Assembly (NCBI RefSeq): GCF_000315625.1
Contig: NW_005434625.1
Location: 79,726 to 143,725 of the forward strand
Direction of reading: 5' to 3'
DNA: 64,000 bases
From: Guillardia theta CCMP2712
Lineage: Eukaryota > Protista > Cryptophyta
Shown here piece after piece: positions 1-11,754 of the stretch. A program made the translations under genes and the position numbers. The stretch's first letter is position 1. Each line of letters opens with the position of its first letter. Under the pieces are notes generated by a model. The model was not told where the DNA came from. It ran no database searches and was given only the letters and a program-made list of their open reading frames with translations.

Positions 1-482
1 ATGGCTTGCTTGCGGGCATGCTGGGCGGCAGCATGGGCTTGCCTCTCAGCCTCGAGGCTCTTGCGCAGCTCGTCAATCTGCTCCTTGGCTTTGCTTTGGG
101 TCGTTTCTATCGCGCCGGCCATGTCCTGCACCTCTCCAAGGCCGTCGTGTAGCGCTCGTGCTTGTTGCTGCGACTTAGCGGCTTGCTTGTCGCGGGCAGA
201 CTGGGCGCTGCGCCGACACTTGAGCAGCAGCTCCTGATACCTGACCGCCTCGATNNNNNNNNNNNNNNNNNNNNNNNNNNNNNNNNNNNNNNNNNNNNNN
301 NNNNNNNNNNNNNNNNNNNNNNNNNNNNNNNNNNNNNNNNNNNNNNNNNNNNNNCCATGCCGAGCTCCTCGTCCTCACCGTCGGAGATGATGATGGCATC
401 GCTCGCTTCATCCCCGGGCAGAGGCGCCTGCGAGGCTGTCCTGATGGCTACCCGTCCTGCTTCGTTTCCTGCTTGGCAGCAT
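1..482 (-). CDS. 5' part of array copy A (coiled-coil/PP2C gene), runs off the window and is interrupted by the gap
   Basis: ATG of MLPSRKRSR at 482; coiled-coil segment IEAVRYQELLLKCRRSAQ at 254-1. One extra G near 424 shifts the frame (possible error next to the gap). Confidence 0.65.
255..354. other. Assembly gap (100 N)
   Basis: Run of N. The equivalent interval in copy B is only ~74 nt, so the gap is a placeholder of unknown size. Confidence 0.99.
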
Positions 483-959
483 TCCAGTCTGATGAGAGCG
501 GGTGGGAAAGTGCAAGGCGATTTTGTAGGGATGGACCGGGAAGTGGGGGATGGGAGAGGAAGGGGGTGGGGTGGTGACCGTGCTGGACAAACGCGTGGTG
601 CTGAGAGGGAGAAAGACGGGTGACCGCAGGTGAGTAGATCCGGAGAGGGTGGGGGTGGTATATGCTGTGAGAGTCTCTAGGCAGTAGGAGAGGCTAGTGG
701 GGGGTAGGAGGGGTGGTAGGAAGGCTAGGGCCCGGGGTTTCTTACCACTGATTCAGGTTCAATCTCGGTACTAATGAAATGCTTTGAGTCACTACGGTAC
801 CATCAAAGGCGTTGAGTAAACTTGTCGAAGGCGAGGCGGACTCGCCTGGCTTCCGAGGCTGCCCAAGGTTGTCCGATCTATGCGATCAGTTCCAGTGATT
901 GCGGGGCCCGGCAGCCGGGAGACTGCCCGGCATCCTGTGACCGGGCACTCAGTGTCGGA

Positions 960-1520
960 TCAGTTGCGCGCGGCGGGCCCCACTGCACGGTACTTGACGA
1001 TCCCCCTTGTGACCTCGTTGACGAGGTTTATGTCACAGCCGCCCTCGCAAAGCCCCTCCATGCGGACCTCAACCCCTCTCTGCTGCTGCCCTCGACACAT
1101 GCGAGACACGATCACTGTCAGATCGTCCTTCTTCCCTATCATCGACCTATCCATCCTATTCTCCGTCCTCTCCCGCAGCCTTCCTCCAAGCCGCTCGACG
1201 AGGGCCCCGTCCCCGAAGTCACCGAGTACCTCCTCCGACATGGTCTCCAACGCCGATCTTCTCGCGCGGTCGTCTGAGCCCAGGTTCTCCCAGAAGCCGT
1301 CGCTTCCTGCCACGATGATGTCGCCTGATCGCGCACACCTCTGCTGCAAGATCTCGTTCTTCCTGTCTCTGTACTGCCGCATGTGCCCTTGGTCCATCCC
1401 CGCCTGGTACGGAGGTCTCTCGCCGTTGACCCGCGGAGAATGGAAGCGAGGGGGCGACAGGTAGTCGCAGCGAACCCTGTACAGACATGTCAGCGACCCG
1501 CGGCTTGCTGTCAAGACCAC

Positions 1521-1566
<46 letters not shown>

Positions 1567-2388
1567 CTGCGTGGAGAAGCGTCCAAGGTCAGCAGCGCCC
1601 ACTGGCTGTCGCCCAGCTCGAGAGCATCGATCATGATCTCGTCCCTGCCTCTTCCCGGTGTGAGCCGAAGCGCTACCACAGTCGAAGACGCGATTTCGTG
1701 ACAGCCAGAGGTCTGAGGCATGCGCATCCTCTGGATGCAGTACTCAAGCTTTTCAAAGAGATCGCCGTCCATGTTGACAGGCCTTGCCATGCTCTCTACA
1801 AGCTTCCTCGCAAAGATCCCTGACCGATAGCCTCCCTCTCCTACCCCGTCACAGAGCACAGTCAAGCTGTCTTTGATCTCGAAGGCGTCATCATACGGCA
1901 GCCAACCGTGATAGCGAGGGTCCATGTGCTTGCCTGGCTTGCCCTTGAGGCCCACGTACGCCTCGCTGAAGATGCAGCTTGCAGGCTCTGGCCCAGGTGC
2001 CTGGGGCTTCGCCAGCCGCGGGTCACGGGCGGGCCGTGCGTACGGCCTGGCGACTGGGAGGTCAGCTCTGGAGCTTGGGGATGCTCCGCTCTGGGCTGGA
2101 GGGACGGCCAGATGACTCTCTTGAGCAATCATGCCGTCTTGGAGCGCCATGCCGTGCATCTGCCGCATGGCTGTCTCGGGAGCTGTCCTCTGCTGCTGCT
2201 CGCTGTGTTGTTGCCTTGTACGGGGATGGAGCTGCGACAGCTCCTGCTGCCTCGCATGAAGGTCATCCTTGAGCCTTGCTATCATCTCCGACAACTGTTT
2301 GTTGAGCGTCTTCTCTTCCTGCAGAGCAGCCTGAGCATCTGCCCGCTTTGTCTGCTCGCGTGCGAGGCTGGCTTGAAGCGCTGTGAGG

Positions 2389-2430
<42 letters not shown>

Positions 2431-2981
2431 GCAGCTTGAGCCTCCAGCTCCATGCGTGTCTCTCGTTCACGGCTTAGCTCCGTCTGCAGTTTCTGTATGC
2501 AGGCCTCGAGGTCCCTGGTGGTGTCGATGGCTTGCTGGCGAGCTTGCTGGGCGGCAGCATGGGCTTGCCTCTCAGCCTCAAGGCTCTTGCGCAGCTCGTC
2601 AATCTGCTCCTTGGCTTTGCTTTGGGTCGTTTCTATCGCGCCGGCCATGTCCTGTACCTCTCCAAGGCCGTCTTGTAGCGCCTGTGCGTGTAGTTGCGAC
2701 TGAGCGGCTTGCTTGTGGAGGGCGGACTGGGCGGTGCGCCGGCACTTGAGCAGCAGCTCATGATACCTGACCGACTCGATCTGGTACTGCTTTGTCTTCT
2801 TGGTTTGATCTTCAAGCCTCTGCTCGAGTTGAAGGATCTCTAGCTTGAGCTCTTCCATGCCGAGCTCCTCGTCCTCACCGTCGGAGATGATGATGGCATC
2901 GCTCGCTTCATCCCCGGGCAGAGCGCCTGCGAGGCTGTCCTGATGGCTACCCGTCCTGCTTCGTTTCCTGCTCGGCAGCAT
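960..2981 (-). CDS. NLS/SIM-like + coiled-coil + polyQ + PPM/PP2C (PTC7-like) phosphatase, copy B (~643 aa; intron 1477-1566)
   Basis: PPM motifs YDDAF, LCDGVG, SSTVV, LGDS, PYQ, AGSDGFWENL, KKDDLTVIV. GT..CTGAC..AG intron containing (GA)n joins ASPRR/VRCDY. ATG at 2981 preferred over the upstream in-frame extension. Confidence 0.85.
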
Positions 2982-3460
2982 TCCAGTCTGATGAGAGCGG
3001 GTGGGAAAGTGCAAGGCGATTTTGTAGGGATGGACCGGGAAGTGGGGGATGGGAGAGGAAGGGGGTGGGGTGGTGACCGTGCTGGACAAACGCGTGGTGC
3101 TGAGAGGGAGAAAGACGGGTGACCGCAGGTGAGTAGATCCGGAGAGGGTGGGGGTGGTATATGCTGTGAGAGTCTCTAGGCAGTAGGAGAGGCTAGTGGG
3201 GGGTAGGAGGGGTGGTAGGAAGGCTAGGGCCCGGGGTTTCTTACCACTGCCATTCAGGTTCAATCTCGGTGCTAATGAAATGCTTTGAGTCACTACGGTA
3301 CCATCAAAGGCGTTGAGTAAACTTGTCGAAGGCGAGGCGGACTCGCCTGGCTTCCGAGGCTGCCCAAGGTTGTCCGATCTATGCGATCAGTTCCAGTGAT
3401 TGCGGGGCCCGGCAGCCGGGAGACTGCCCGGCATCCTGTGACCGGGCACTCAGTGTCGGA

Positions 3461-4021
3461 TCAGTTGCGCGCGGCGGGCCCCACTGTACGGTACTTGACG
3501 ATCCCCCTTGTGACCTCGTTGACGAGGTTTATGTCACAGCCGCCCTCGCAAAGCCCCTCCATGCGGACCTCAACCCCTCTCTGCTGCTGCCCTCGACACA
3601 TGCGAGACACGATCACTGTCAGATCGTCCTTCTTCCCTATCATCGACCTATCCATCCTATTCTCCGTCCTCTCCCGCAGCCTTCCTCCAAGCCGCTCGAC
3701 GAGGGCCCCGTCCCCGAAGTCACCGAGTACCTCCTCCGACATGGTCTCCAACGCCGATCTTCTCGCGCGGTCGTCTGAGCCCAGGTTCTCCCAGAAGCCG
3801 TCGCTTCCTGCCACGATGATGTCGCCTGATCGCGCACACCTCTGCTGCAAGATCTCGTTCTTCCTGTCTCTGTACTGCCGCATGTGCCCTTGGTCCATCC
3901 CCGCCTGGTACGGAGGTCTCTCGCCGTTGACCCGCGGAGAATGGAAGCGAGGGGGCGACAGGTAGTCGCAGCGAACCCTGTACAGACATGTCAGCGACCC
4001 GCGGCTTGCTGTCAAGACCAC

Positions 4022-4068
<47 letters not shown>

Positions 4069-4159
4069 CTCCCTGTCTCTGTCTCTCTCTGTCTCTCTCT
4101 GTCTCTCTCTGTCTCTCTCTGTCTCTCTCTGTCTCTCTGTCTGTCTCTCTCTCTCCCTT

Positions 4160-4209
<50 letters not shown>

Positions 4210-5031
4210 CTGCGTGGAGAAGCGTCCAAGGTCAGCAGCGCCCACTGGCTGTCGCCCAGCTCGAGAGCATCGATCATGATCTCGTCCCTGCCTCTTCCCG
4301 GTGTGAGCCGAAGCGCTACCACAGTCGAAGACGCGATGTCGTGACAGCCAGAGGTCTGAGGCATGCGCATCCTCTGGATGCAGTACTCAAGCTTTTCAAA
4401 GAGATCGCCGTCCATGTTGACAGGCCTTGCCATGCTCTCTACAAGCTTCCTCGCAAAGATCCCTGACCGATAGCCTCCCTCTCCTACCCCGTCACAGAGC
4501 ACAGTCAAGCTGTCTTTGATCTCGAAGGCGTCATCATACGGCAGCCAACCGTGATAGCGAGGGTCCATGTGCTTGCCTGGCTTGCCCTTGAGGCCCACGT
4601 ACGCCTCGCTGAAGATGCAGCTTCCAGGCTCTGGCCCAGGTGCCTGGGGCTTCGCCAGCCGCGGGTCACGGGCGGGCCGTGCGTACGGCCTGGCGACTGG
4701 GAGGTCAGCTCTGGAGCTTGGGGATGCTCCGCTCTGGGCTGGAGGGACGGCCAGATGACTCTCTTGAGCAATCATGCCGTCTTGGAGCGCCATGCCGTGC
4801 ATCTGCCGCATGGCTGTCTCGGGAGCTGTCCTCTGCTGCTGCTCGCTGTGTTGTTGCCTTGTACGGGGATGGAGCTGCGACAGCTCCTGCTGCCTCGCAT
4901 GAAGGTCATCCTTGAGCCTTGCTATCATCTCCGACAACTGTTTGTTGAGCGTCTTCTCTTCCTGCAGAGCAGCCTGAGCATCTGCCCGCTTTGTCTGCTC
5001 GCGTGCGAGGCTGGCTTGAAGCGCTGTGAGG

Positions 5032-5073
<42 letters not shown>

Positions 5074-5624
5074 GCAGCTTGAGCCTCCAGCTCCATGCGT
5101 GTCTCTCGTTCACGGCTTAGCTCCGTCTGCAGTTTCTGTATGCAGGCCTCGAGGTCCCTGGTGGTGTCGATGGCTTGCTGGCGAGCTTGCTGGGCGGCAG
5201 CATGGGCTTGCCTCTCAGCCTCGAGGCTCTTGCGCAGCTCGTCAATCTGCTCCTTGGCTTTGCTTTGGGTCGTTTCTATCGCGCCGGCCATGTCCTGTAC
5301 CTCTCCAAGGCCGTCGTGTAGCGCCTGTGCGTGTAGTTGCGACTGAGCGGCTTGCTTGTGGAGGGCGGACTGGGCGGTGCGCCGACACTTGAGCAGCAGC
5401 TCATGATACCTGACCGACTCGATCTGGTACTGCTTTGTCTTCTTGGTTTGATCTTCAAGCCTCTGCTCGAGTTGAAGGATCTCTAGCTTGAGCTCTTCCA
5501 TGCCGAGCTCCTCGTCCTCACCGTCGGAGATGATGATGGCATCGCTCGCTTCATCCCCGGGCAGAGCGCCTGCGAGGCTGTCCTGATGGCTACCCGTCCT
5601 GCTTCGTTTCCTGCTCGGCAGCAT
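3461..5624 (-). CDS. Coiled-coil + PP2C phosphatase, copy C (intron 3978-4209)
   Basis: Near-identical to copy B. The intron is expanded to 232 nt by (GA)/(GACA) repeats, which breaks the unspliced frame and supports the intron call. Confidence 0.85.
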
Positions 5625-6090
5625 TCCAGTCTGATGAGAGCGGGTGGGAAAGTGCAAGGCGATTTTGTAGGGATGGACCGGGAAGTGGGGGATGGGAGAG
5701 GAAGGGGGTGGGGTGGTGACCGTGCTGGACAAACGCGTGGTGCTGAGAGGGAGAAAGACGGGTGACCGCAGGTGAGTAGATCCGGAGAGGGTGGGGGTGG
5801 TATATGCTGTGAGAGTCTCTAGGCAGTAGGAGAGGCTAGTGGGGGGTAGGAGGGGTGGTAGGAAGGCTAGGGCCCGGGGTTTCTTACCACTGCCATTCAG
5901 GTTCAATCTCGGTACTAATGAAATGCTTTGAGTTCACTACGGTACCATCAAAGGCGTTGAGTAAACTTGTCGAAGGCGAGGCGGACTCGCCTGGCTTCCG
6001 AGGCTGCCCAAGGTTGTCCGATCTATGCGATCAGTTCCAGTGATTGCGGGGCCCGGCAGCCGGGAGACTGCCCGGCATCCTGTGACCGGG

Positions 6091-6263
6091 CACTCAGTGT
6101 CGGATCAGTTGCGCGCGGCGGGCCCCACTGTACGGTACTTGACGATCCCCCTTGTGACCTCGTTGACGAGGGAAGTTTATGTCACAGCCGCCCTCGCAAA
6201 GCCCCTCCATGCGGACCTCAACCCCTCTCTGCTGCTGCCCTCGACACATGCGAGACACGATCA
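6091..6263 (-). pseudogene. 3'-terminal fragment of the PP2C gene (copy D)
   Basis: Matches the last ~55 codons, has a 4-nt insertion near 6171-6175, and homology stops abruptly at 6263. Confidence 0.8.
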
Positions 6264-6998
6264 TTCAATGATTGTTGAGTAAACTGGCTAGATTTACTAC
6301 ACTCGTCAATGGCTGACACTAATAAGATTTCATGAGCGTGTATCGAAATATACGAATAACCCTACCCCATCCATATCAGAAAAACACTGATACCGGTACA
6401 CAGGGAAGAGAGCAGCCAAGAGGCGTGTAAGCCGGAACTCAAATGCTTAAAACAAATATAAAAGAGTACTGAGTGGTACAAATCATTCTGGTACAAAATT
6501 GACTAAAAACTGTATGCTTATGATCAAATTAACAGGTACAAGTGTTTGTTAAAAGGATATTAATTTATAATTGGGCATTAGTAAATGCCATGGAATGATT
6601 GGGCCGACTGTGGCTGAGCCTCATTTCGACGGTACTCAGTGCAGCGTTTCCAAGTTGCCATACTCAGTGTTCAAAGTTTAACCGTCCCACGACGGCGGGG
6701 TGCTGCCGGGCCCACCCGGCCCGGGCCCTGATCGATGATCATCGGATCGAGTCGGGGGTTCCTTGGAGCCAGGCTGTCCGGCCGCTCTCGCCCCGCTGCC
6801 GCAGTGCCGCAGTGCGGCGCCGGGACTTTTGCATCGGCGTGCTAGCCTCGGATCACCGTCCGATCAAACTGCCCGGCCCGGGCTCCGGGCCGCCCGTACG
6901 TTGCTTGCCAAGTTGGCCACTGGGCAAGGCTCGTGGCTGCCCCGTGACCGTTGAGTTCGACGCCGCTAATCTCAGCAGCTACCCTCACTGCATCTGAT

Positions 6999-9429
6999 TC
7001 ACGGGGAAACTGAGAGCTCTTCTCTTGCTCCTCTGACGATCTTGTCTGCCTCAGCTGGACTCATCGCAACATGGTAGCCATGAGACACCAGCAGGTGCTT
7101 GAGCATCTCTCTATCCGCAGACCTGACATCACGGTCAACCGCTGAGAGCATGGTACGGGCCTCCGGCGAACTCGAGCAGAGATTCAAAGTGTAGACTAGG
7201 CCCGGCACAGCGCGGCAAGTTGCAGTGCGGCAGTAGCAGCATCACCGGAAAGCTTTCTTGTCTAGGTGACAGACGACATCCACAGCTCGCCCAGCTCGTT
7301 CGAACGCGGAGGCAGAGGAGTCGATGGCTTCCAGCACTGTGCTCTTCCATCTGCACAGAAGGTCAGCACAAGCACGCGCAAACAGCAGTGCTGCTCACTC
7401 GGAGGAGGAGAAGTCAAGAGTGTAGCTTGGGAGGATGTGGCCGAGGAAAACGCCATCTTTCCTCGCCACATCGCCGTGTCTGGGTGCATAATGTCCTCCT
7501 CCCAGCCCCACAACAACTATTGCCCTGCAGCAAGTGAGATCTTCTGCGCCAAGGATGAGCAAGTTCAAGTGCTTCACTTGTCTTCTGCTGATAGCTGTTC
7601 TCCTTCCTCGTCTCCTCCCTCTATCCTCAGCTCTTCTACCAGCACGTCCGCCTGCTACCTGCTCAGGAAGCATCTCTCTCCAGCCCCTTGCTCTCACCCA
7701 ATGCATTGCAGCATCCTGGCGTGTCCACTCCGACTCCGTGCTCCCTGAGTTCATCAACGTGTGAGGGCGAGCGAGCAAGCTTATCGTCATCCTGCCTATT
7801 TCGGCGAACAAGGATGGAGTGGTTAGCCAGGGGCCATGATGCGTACCCTGCCATGAGGTTAGACTGACTCGGTGGTCCTCCTCCCCTTCCTCCTTCACCT
7901 CAAGCGAGACATCAAAGTGGCCCTTGAGATCTGACGCGGCGGTCTTCTTGTACAAAGACCTTTGGACGGGGTCAGCACCGGAGAGCTCGCAAGATTGAGC
8001 GAGACCGGTACAGAGATGCGAGTCTTGGGGAGGGAGGTGGGCACCTGCAAGGTTCACCGTCAGTACTCGCACAGGAAACGAAGAGCCAGGCGAGATGGCA
8101 GGAGGATGAGGAAAGTGATGGAAGGAGAAAGGAACAAGCAAGCCGTGAATGAGAGAGAGGAGAGGGAGGCAGAAAGAATCGAGGGAGAGGGGAAAGAAGG
8201 AAGGGGAGGAGGGGGAGGGGAGTGAGGGGGGTAACTCTGACTGACCGGTTAGGGATGCCTCCGGCTTCAGCCTCCGCTCGTCCAGGGTTACCAATGGGAT
8301 GGACCTGACAGGGCGTCCCTGTCAGAGAGTACACGTTGCCAGATGTCATACAGTAAGAGCAGGAGAACCAGAGGCAGACGCATGGCGGCTAAGGAAGAGC
8401 ACGTCATCTGGCTGAACCCCTGCTGGCAACATGAGGGGAAGATCCACAACAGGCCAAAAGGAGATGATGGGGCAGGAGCAGGAGCAGGAGCAGGAGAGGG
8501 CAGGAGCAGGAGCAAGAGCAAGAGCAGGAGCAGGAGAGGGCAGAAACGAAGAGGGAGGAGGATTCAAGAAAAAAGAATCAATCACCGGTGATCTCTTGAA
8601 AGCGCCGATCGATGTGATCTGAAGCAGGAGTAAGACAGGCTAGATGCTTCTACTGCTCCTTCCACAACCATTGCGCACCAAACCATCTTCTAGCAGCCAC
8701 ATGAACACGTTTGATCGTTTGCTGTACACGAAGGAAAGAATCAAGGCCAGCAAGATCAGAATAATCGGCTCAGACCTGCTCTGCCACATCTCTCCCTCGC
8801 AATCTCGTTCTCTCATGCTGTTCCAATTCCCAAGCATCAACTGAGCAAGCCAGATGGAGCTCCTCACCTCGTCCAGTCCGTTCGTCTTAGCAGCGCCATC
8901 GCCATGCTGAAGGAGGCCTGCACTCATGCGTCATGCCCTGTTTGGTCTCCTCCCACTCTACCTGGTCGTGAGCATCTGTCGTCGCCACCACCAGGGTGTT
9001 TTGCATGAGCAAGCTGTGCTTGTTGGAACCTGAGGAGGCGATGAGGATTAGGCAACCGAGACAGTCAGAGCTCACATCGAGCCCGAACAGATCTGACATG
9101 CATGTTTCTCACAATCGTCCTGTCACAAGCAATAAGAAGAATGGAATACACATGCTCCGCAAGCAACTAGTTTACTTCACTGGAAGGAACGCGAGCTTGC
9201 GCATGCTGCCGTCTACAACAAATCCCGAAGCTACCCCAAACAGAGCGGCAAGAGGAAGAAGCTGCCATATCAGCAAACAATCAATCAGAAGAACCATGAT
9301 GAAGATACAGAGGAGGATAAGTAGGAGAGGAGAGAAGAAAGGGCGAGGAGAGGACCAGGAGGAAACGAGCGGGTGGGCGGGGTGGGGTGGGGGGTTGGGG
9401 GGGAGCGAAGGACGGGAGCACACCTGCAT
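6999..9429 (-). CDS. GEK1: D-aminoacyl-tRNA deacylase, archaeal/plant DTD2 (DtdA/GEK1) type, with bipartite plastid-type presequence; multi-exon
   Basis: Spliced motifs TLVVATTDAHDQASF, DVLFLSRHASASGSPALTVHPIG, VSLE.THHGPWLTTPSLFAEIGSTESEW, GLGGGHYAPRHGDVARKDGVFLGHILPSY, WKSTVLEAI..HLDKKAF. N-terminus MQLLPLAALFGVASG-FVV. Confidence 0.92.
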
Positions 9430-10052
9430 GCCCACTTATATGGGCTGAACCACACAAACCATAAATAAAATTTCAAATTCCAAGTTGGCCGTCGAAATTT
9501 TCCGTCGAATCTTCTCTATCAAGTTTGTGCGAGAGAGCAGAGGGAAGGGAGATCGGCACAGTGAAGGAGCAGGCGAGTACTACGACATCAGTAGTCATCT
9601 TGACACGCTTTGTTGACCATTCAACTCTTTCTCTTGCTTCAATCCTCCTCTTCGTCGCATAGTTGCTGCTGCTGTTTCTCTATCCTCCCCGTCTTCGTGT
9701 TGTTGCTACTCATCCTCCCTCTTGATCAGCTTGTTCAGTGCTCAGCTCTCTCGTATCAGTCCCTTCTCATTCCCTCGTTGTCAGACGTATCGTCATGATG
9801 AGTTGTGATGTCACAAGCTGCCACAGAGCAACTCTTTGCAAGTTTGTTGCTCGTTGATGCATTTCGTTGCGATGCAGTCTTGTTCTCTCAATCAGCGCAT
9901 TTCTTTGTACAGTCAGCTGATTGCTCTCTCTGAGTCTCACTCACTGCTCCTCATTTCCTCAGGGTAGAAAGTCTCACATGTTGACAGGGCGAGGAGGTTA
10001 CGGCGCACGTACAGGCTGACTGAAGCTGTGTAGTCTTACGGCACCTGTTCCC

Positions 10053-10853
10053 ATGTCGATGTATAACACGGTAATCCTCCTTAACCATCATGCGGCAATG
10101 CTTGACACTCACCTCTGCATTGCCCAGTCTCTGCCGTCCTTTCTCGTCGTTACCCTCACCTTGTCGTTGCTCGGCTCCCTCGCTCTCTGTGCCCTCCCTC
10201 CGGGCTACGAAGACGAGTTGCTCTGTCCTGACGGCTCCTGTCTCGCCGCTTCCCCTCCCCCCACCTTCTCAGCCTGGTTGCAGGCCTAAGGATGAAGCAC
10301 TCGTCGGACCCGAAGTATACAGGACCCAGGTAGTTGTCTCCTCTGCCTCCCCAGGTCCTCCCAGTGACCTCGTGGGACTCTAGAAGTTCCTTCTATGAGT
10401 GTATTGATGTCAAGAGCGCTAAGGTAACGCGAGAAGGAGAGAGAGAGAGAGGACGTCGCATGCAGTTGACCTGCCTCAGTTCGTCTGTGCTCCAAGATCC
10501 TGGGGACCGAAAGTGCTGAAGGTGAGGCGGGGGGGATGAGAAAGGGGAAGAGGAAGAAGGGAGAAGAGGGAAGGAGAAGAGGGGACGAGGAAAAGGAGGA
10601 GACGACGACGAGGAGATGGTGGTGTTGGAGGAGGTGGTGGTTGAGGAGTTGGAGGAGTTTTGTTTTCTAAATGAGTATGAGGATAGGAAGTGAAAGATGG
10701 TCTTGTTGCTCAAGGTTGGCACAGCAACTTGTGCTCGGACAGTGGTGCGAACATGACAATCAGGATATGGCGGAATGAGATGTTTGTTAGGTGCCCAGAT
10801 TGTCGAGTTTCGCAGATGAAGGAGTGAGAGTCAACCTGAAACAGCTCAAATAA
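10053..10853 (+). CDS. Small Cys-rich putatively secreted protein (hypothetical); 3' end uncertain
   Basis: A hydrophobic leader followed by phase-consistent exons ALPPGYEDELLCPDGSC/LRMKHSSDPKYTGPR/SSFYECIDVKSAK/FVCAPRSWGPKVLK. Confidence 0.55.
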
Positions 10854-11754
10854 AGAAACCTGCTGTCAAGCATCATAAAAGTCTGGACGTGTGTCAGAGC
10901 TCATAGGAACCGAGCCCGAGTCAGACAAAGGCCTATCAGAAAGAAAAGACAGTTGGCTGTCTCGTACTCGTGATCGAAACCAACCTTTGCCTGGATAACC
11001 CAGGATACTCTAGTCCAGTGTGAATCTGCTGAAGAGGACCCCTCTGGACGTCTTTGTTGCTGGAACAATGTACCCGTTGGTGGCTTTCAAGCTAACAGGG
11101 CGGGTTCTCTTCCCTACGAGAGTGCAAGGTTTCCTCTCCAAGTGCTGATGGGATGTTCAAAATCTAAGGGGAGAAGCTTGTCAACCTCCAAGCAGAGGAC
11201 CCCCCTGCTTCCTTCAGCAAGGAGCACTACCCCTAGTCCATTCCTTAGCCCATATATAAGAATCAGCCTCTTCAGCTACAAGGGTCTGTTCTCTAGTAAA
11301 CTCGACATCACTACACTTCACCTTCATGTGATCCAGCAAAGGAGCCTTGAGTATTCGCTGAAGACGTCTGCAAGTCGTAAAGCTTCGGGCTGTGTGAACG
11401 TTACTTGGAACTTCAAGCAGAAGCCGTACCTTATTACATAGATCGACTCACTCAACCGAGAATAGATTAACACATCCGCCTCAAATCAATGAGTTAATTT
11501 GATACAATCAATTATGCTCACGTGTAAACTAATTTTGTTTTCCTTATCAGGTAGTTGTAACACATACCTTGTATAATGAGGTACAATGTATTTGTCTGAG
11601 AGCAAGATACGTGTAAATGTTTTTGATAGAAAATTCGACAGTGTTCTCAGTATTTTCTTTATGATTTCCACGAAAGCATTCAAAGATTATACTTCTTCTA
11701 TTGTACAGGATCTATCATTAAAATCTCAATTAAAAAACTCAATTCGTATGTTCT

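Larger units (their letters stand above)
1..6263. repeat. Head-to-tail tandem array of a ~2.5-2.64 kb gene-containing unit (partial copy A 1-~820, full copies B ~821-3321 and C ~3322-5966, truncated copy D 5967-6263)
   Basis: The same sequence restarts at 822, 3323 and 5967 (periods 2501 and 2644). B and C are nearly identical except for the (CT)n intron length. The pre-gap part of A is more diverged. Confidence 0.95.

Noticed and set aside
1477-1566. Coding (ER)n repeat inside the PP2C domain
   Set aside because: GT-AG intron with branch point; it is out of frame in copy C.
2982-3293. 104-aa N-terminal extension of the 777-aa ORF
   Set aside because: Non-ATG start; it is the C-rich promoter block, and indels between copies break the upstream frame.
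820-6263. Helitron or LTR identity for the tandem unit
   Set aside because: No Rep/helicase, RT or integrase coding, and no convincing terminal hairpin-CTRR or TG..CA ends were seen.
10920-11441. Additional plus-strand coding exon
   Set aside because: There is an open frame but no clear start, splice linkage or domain.
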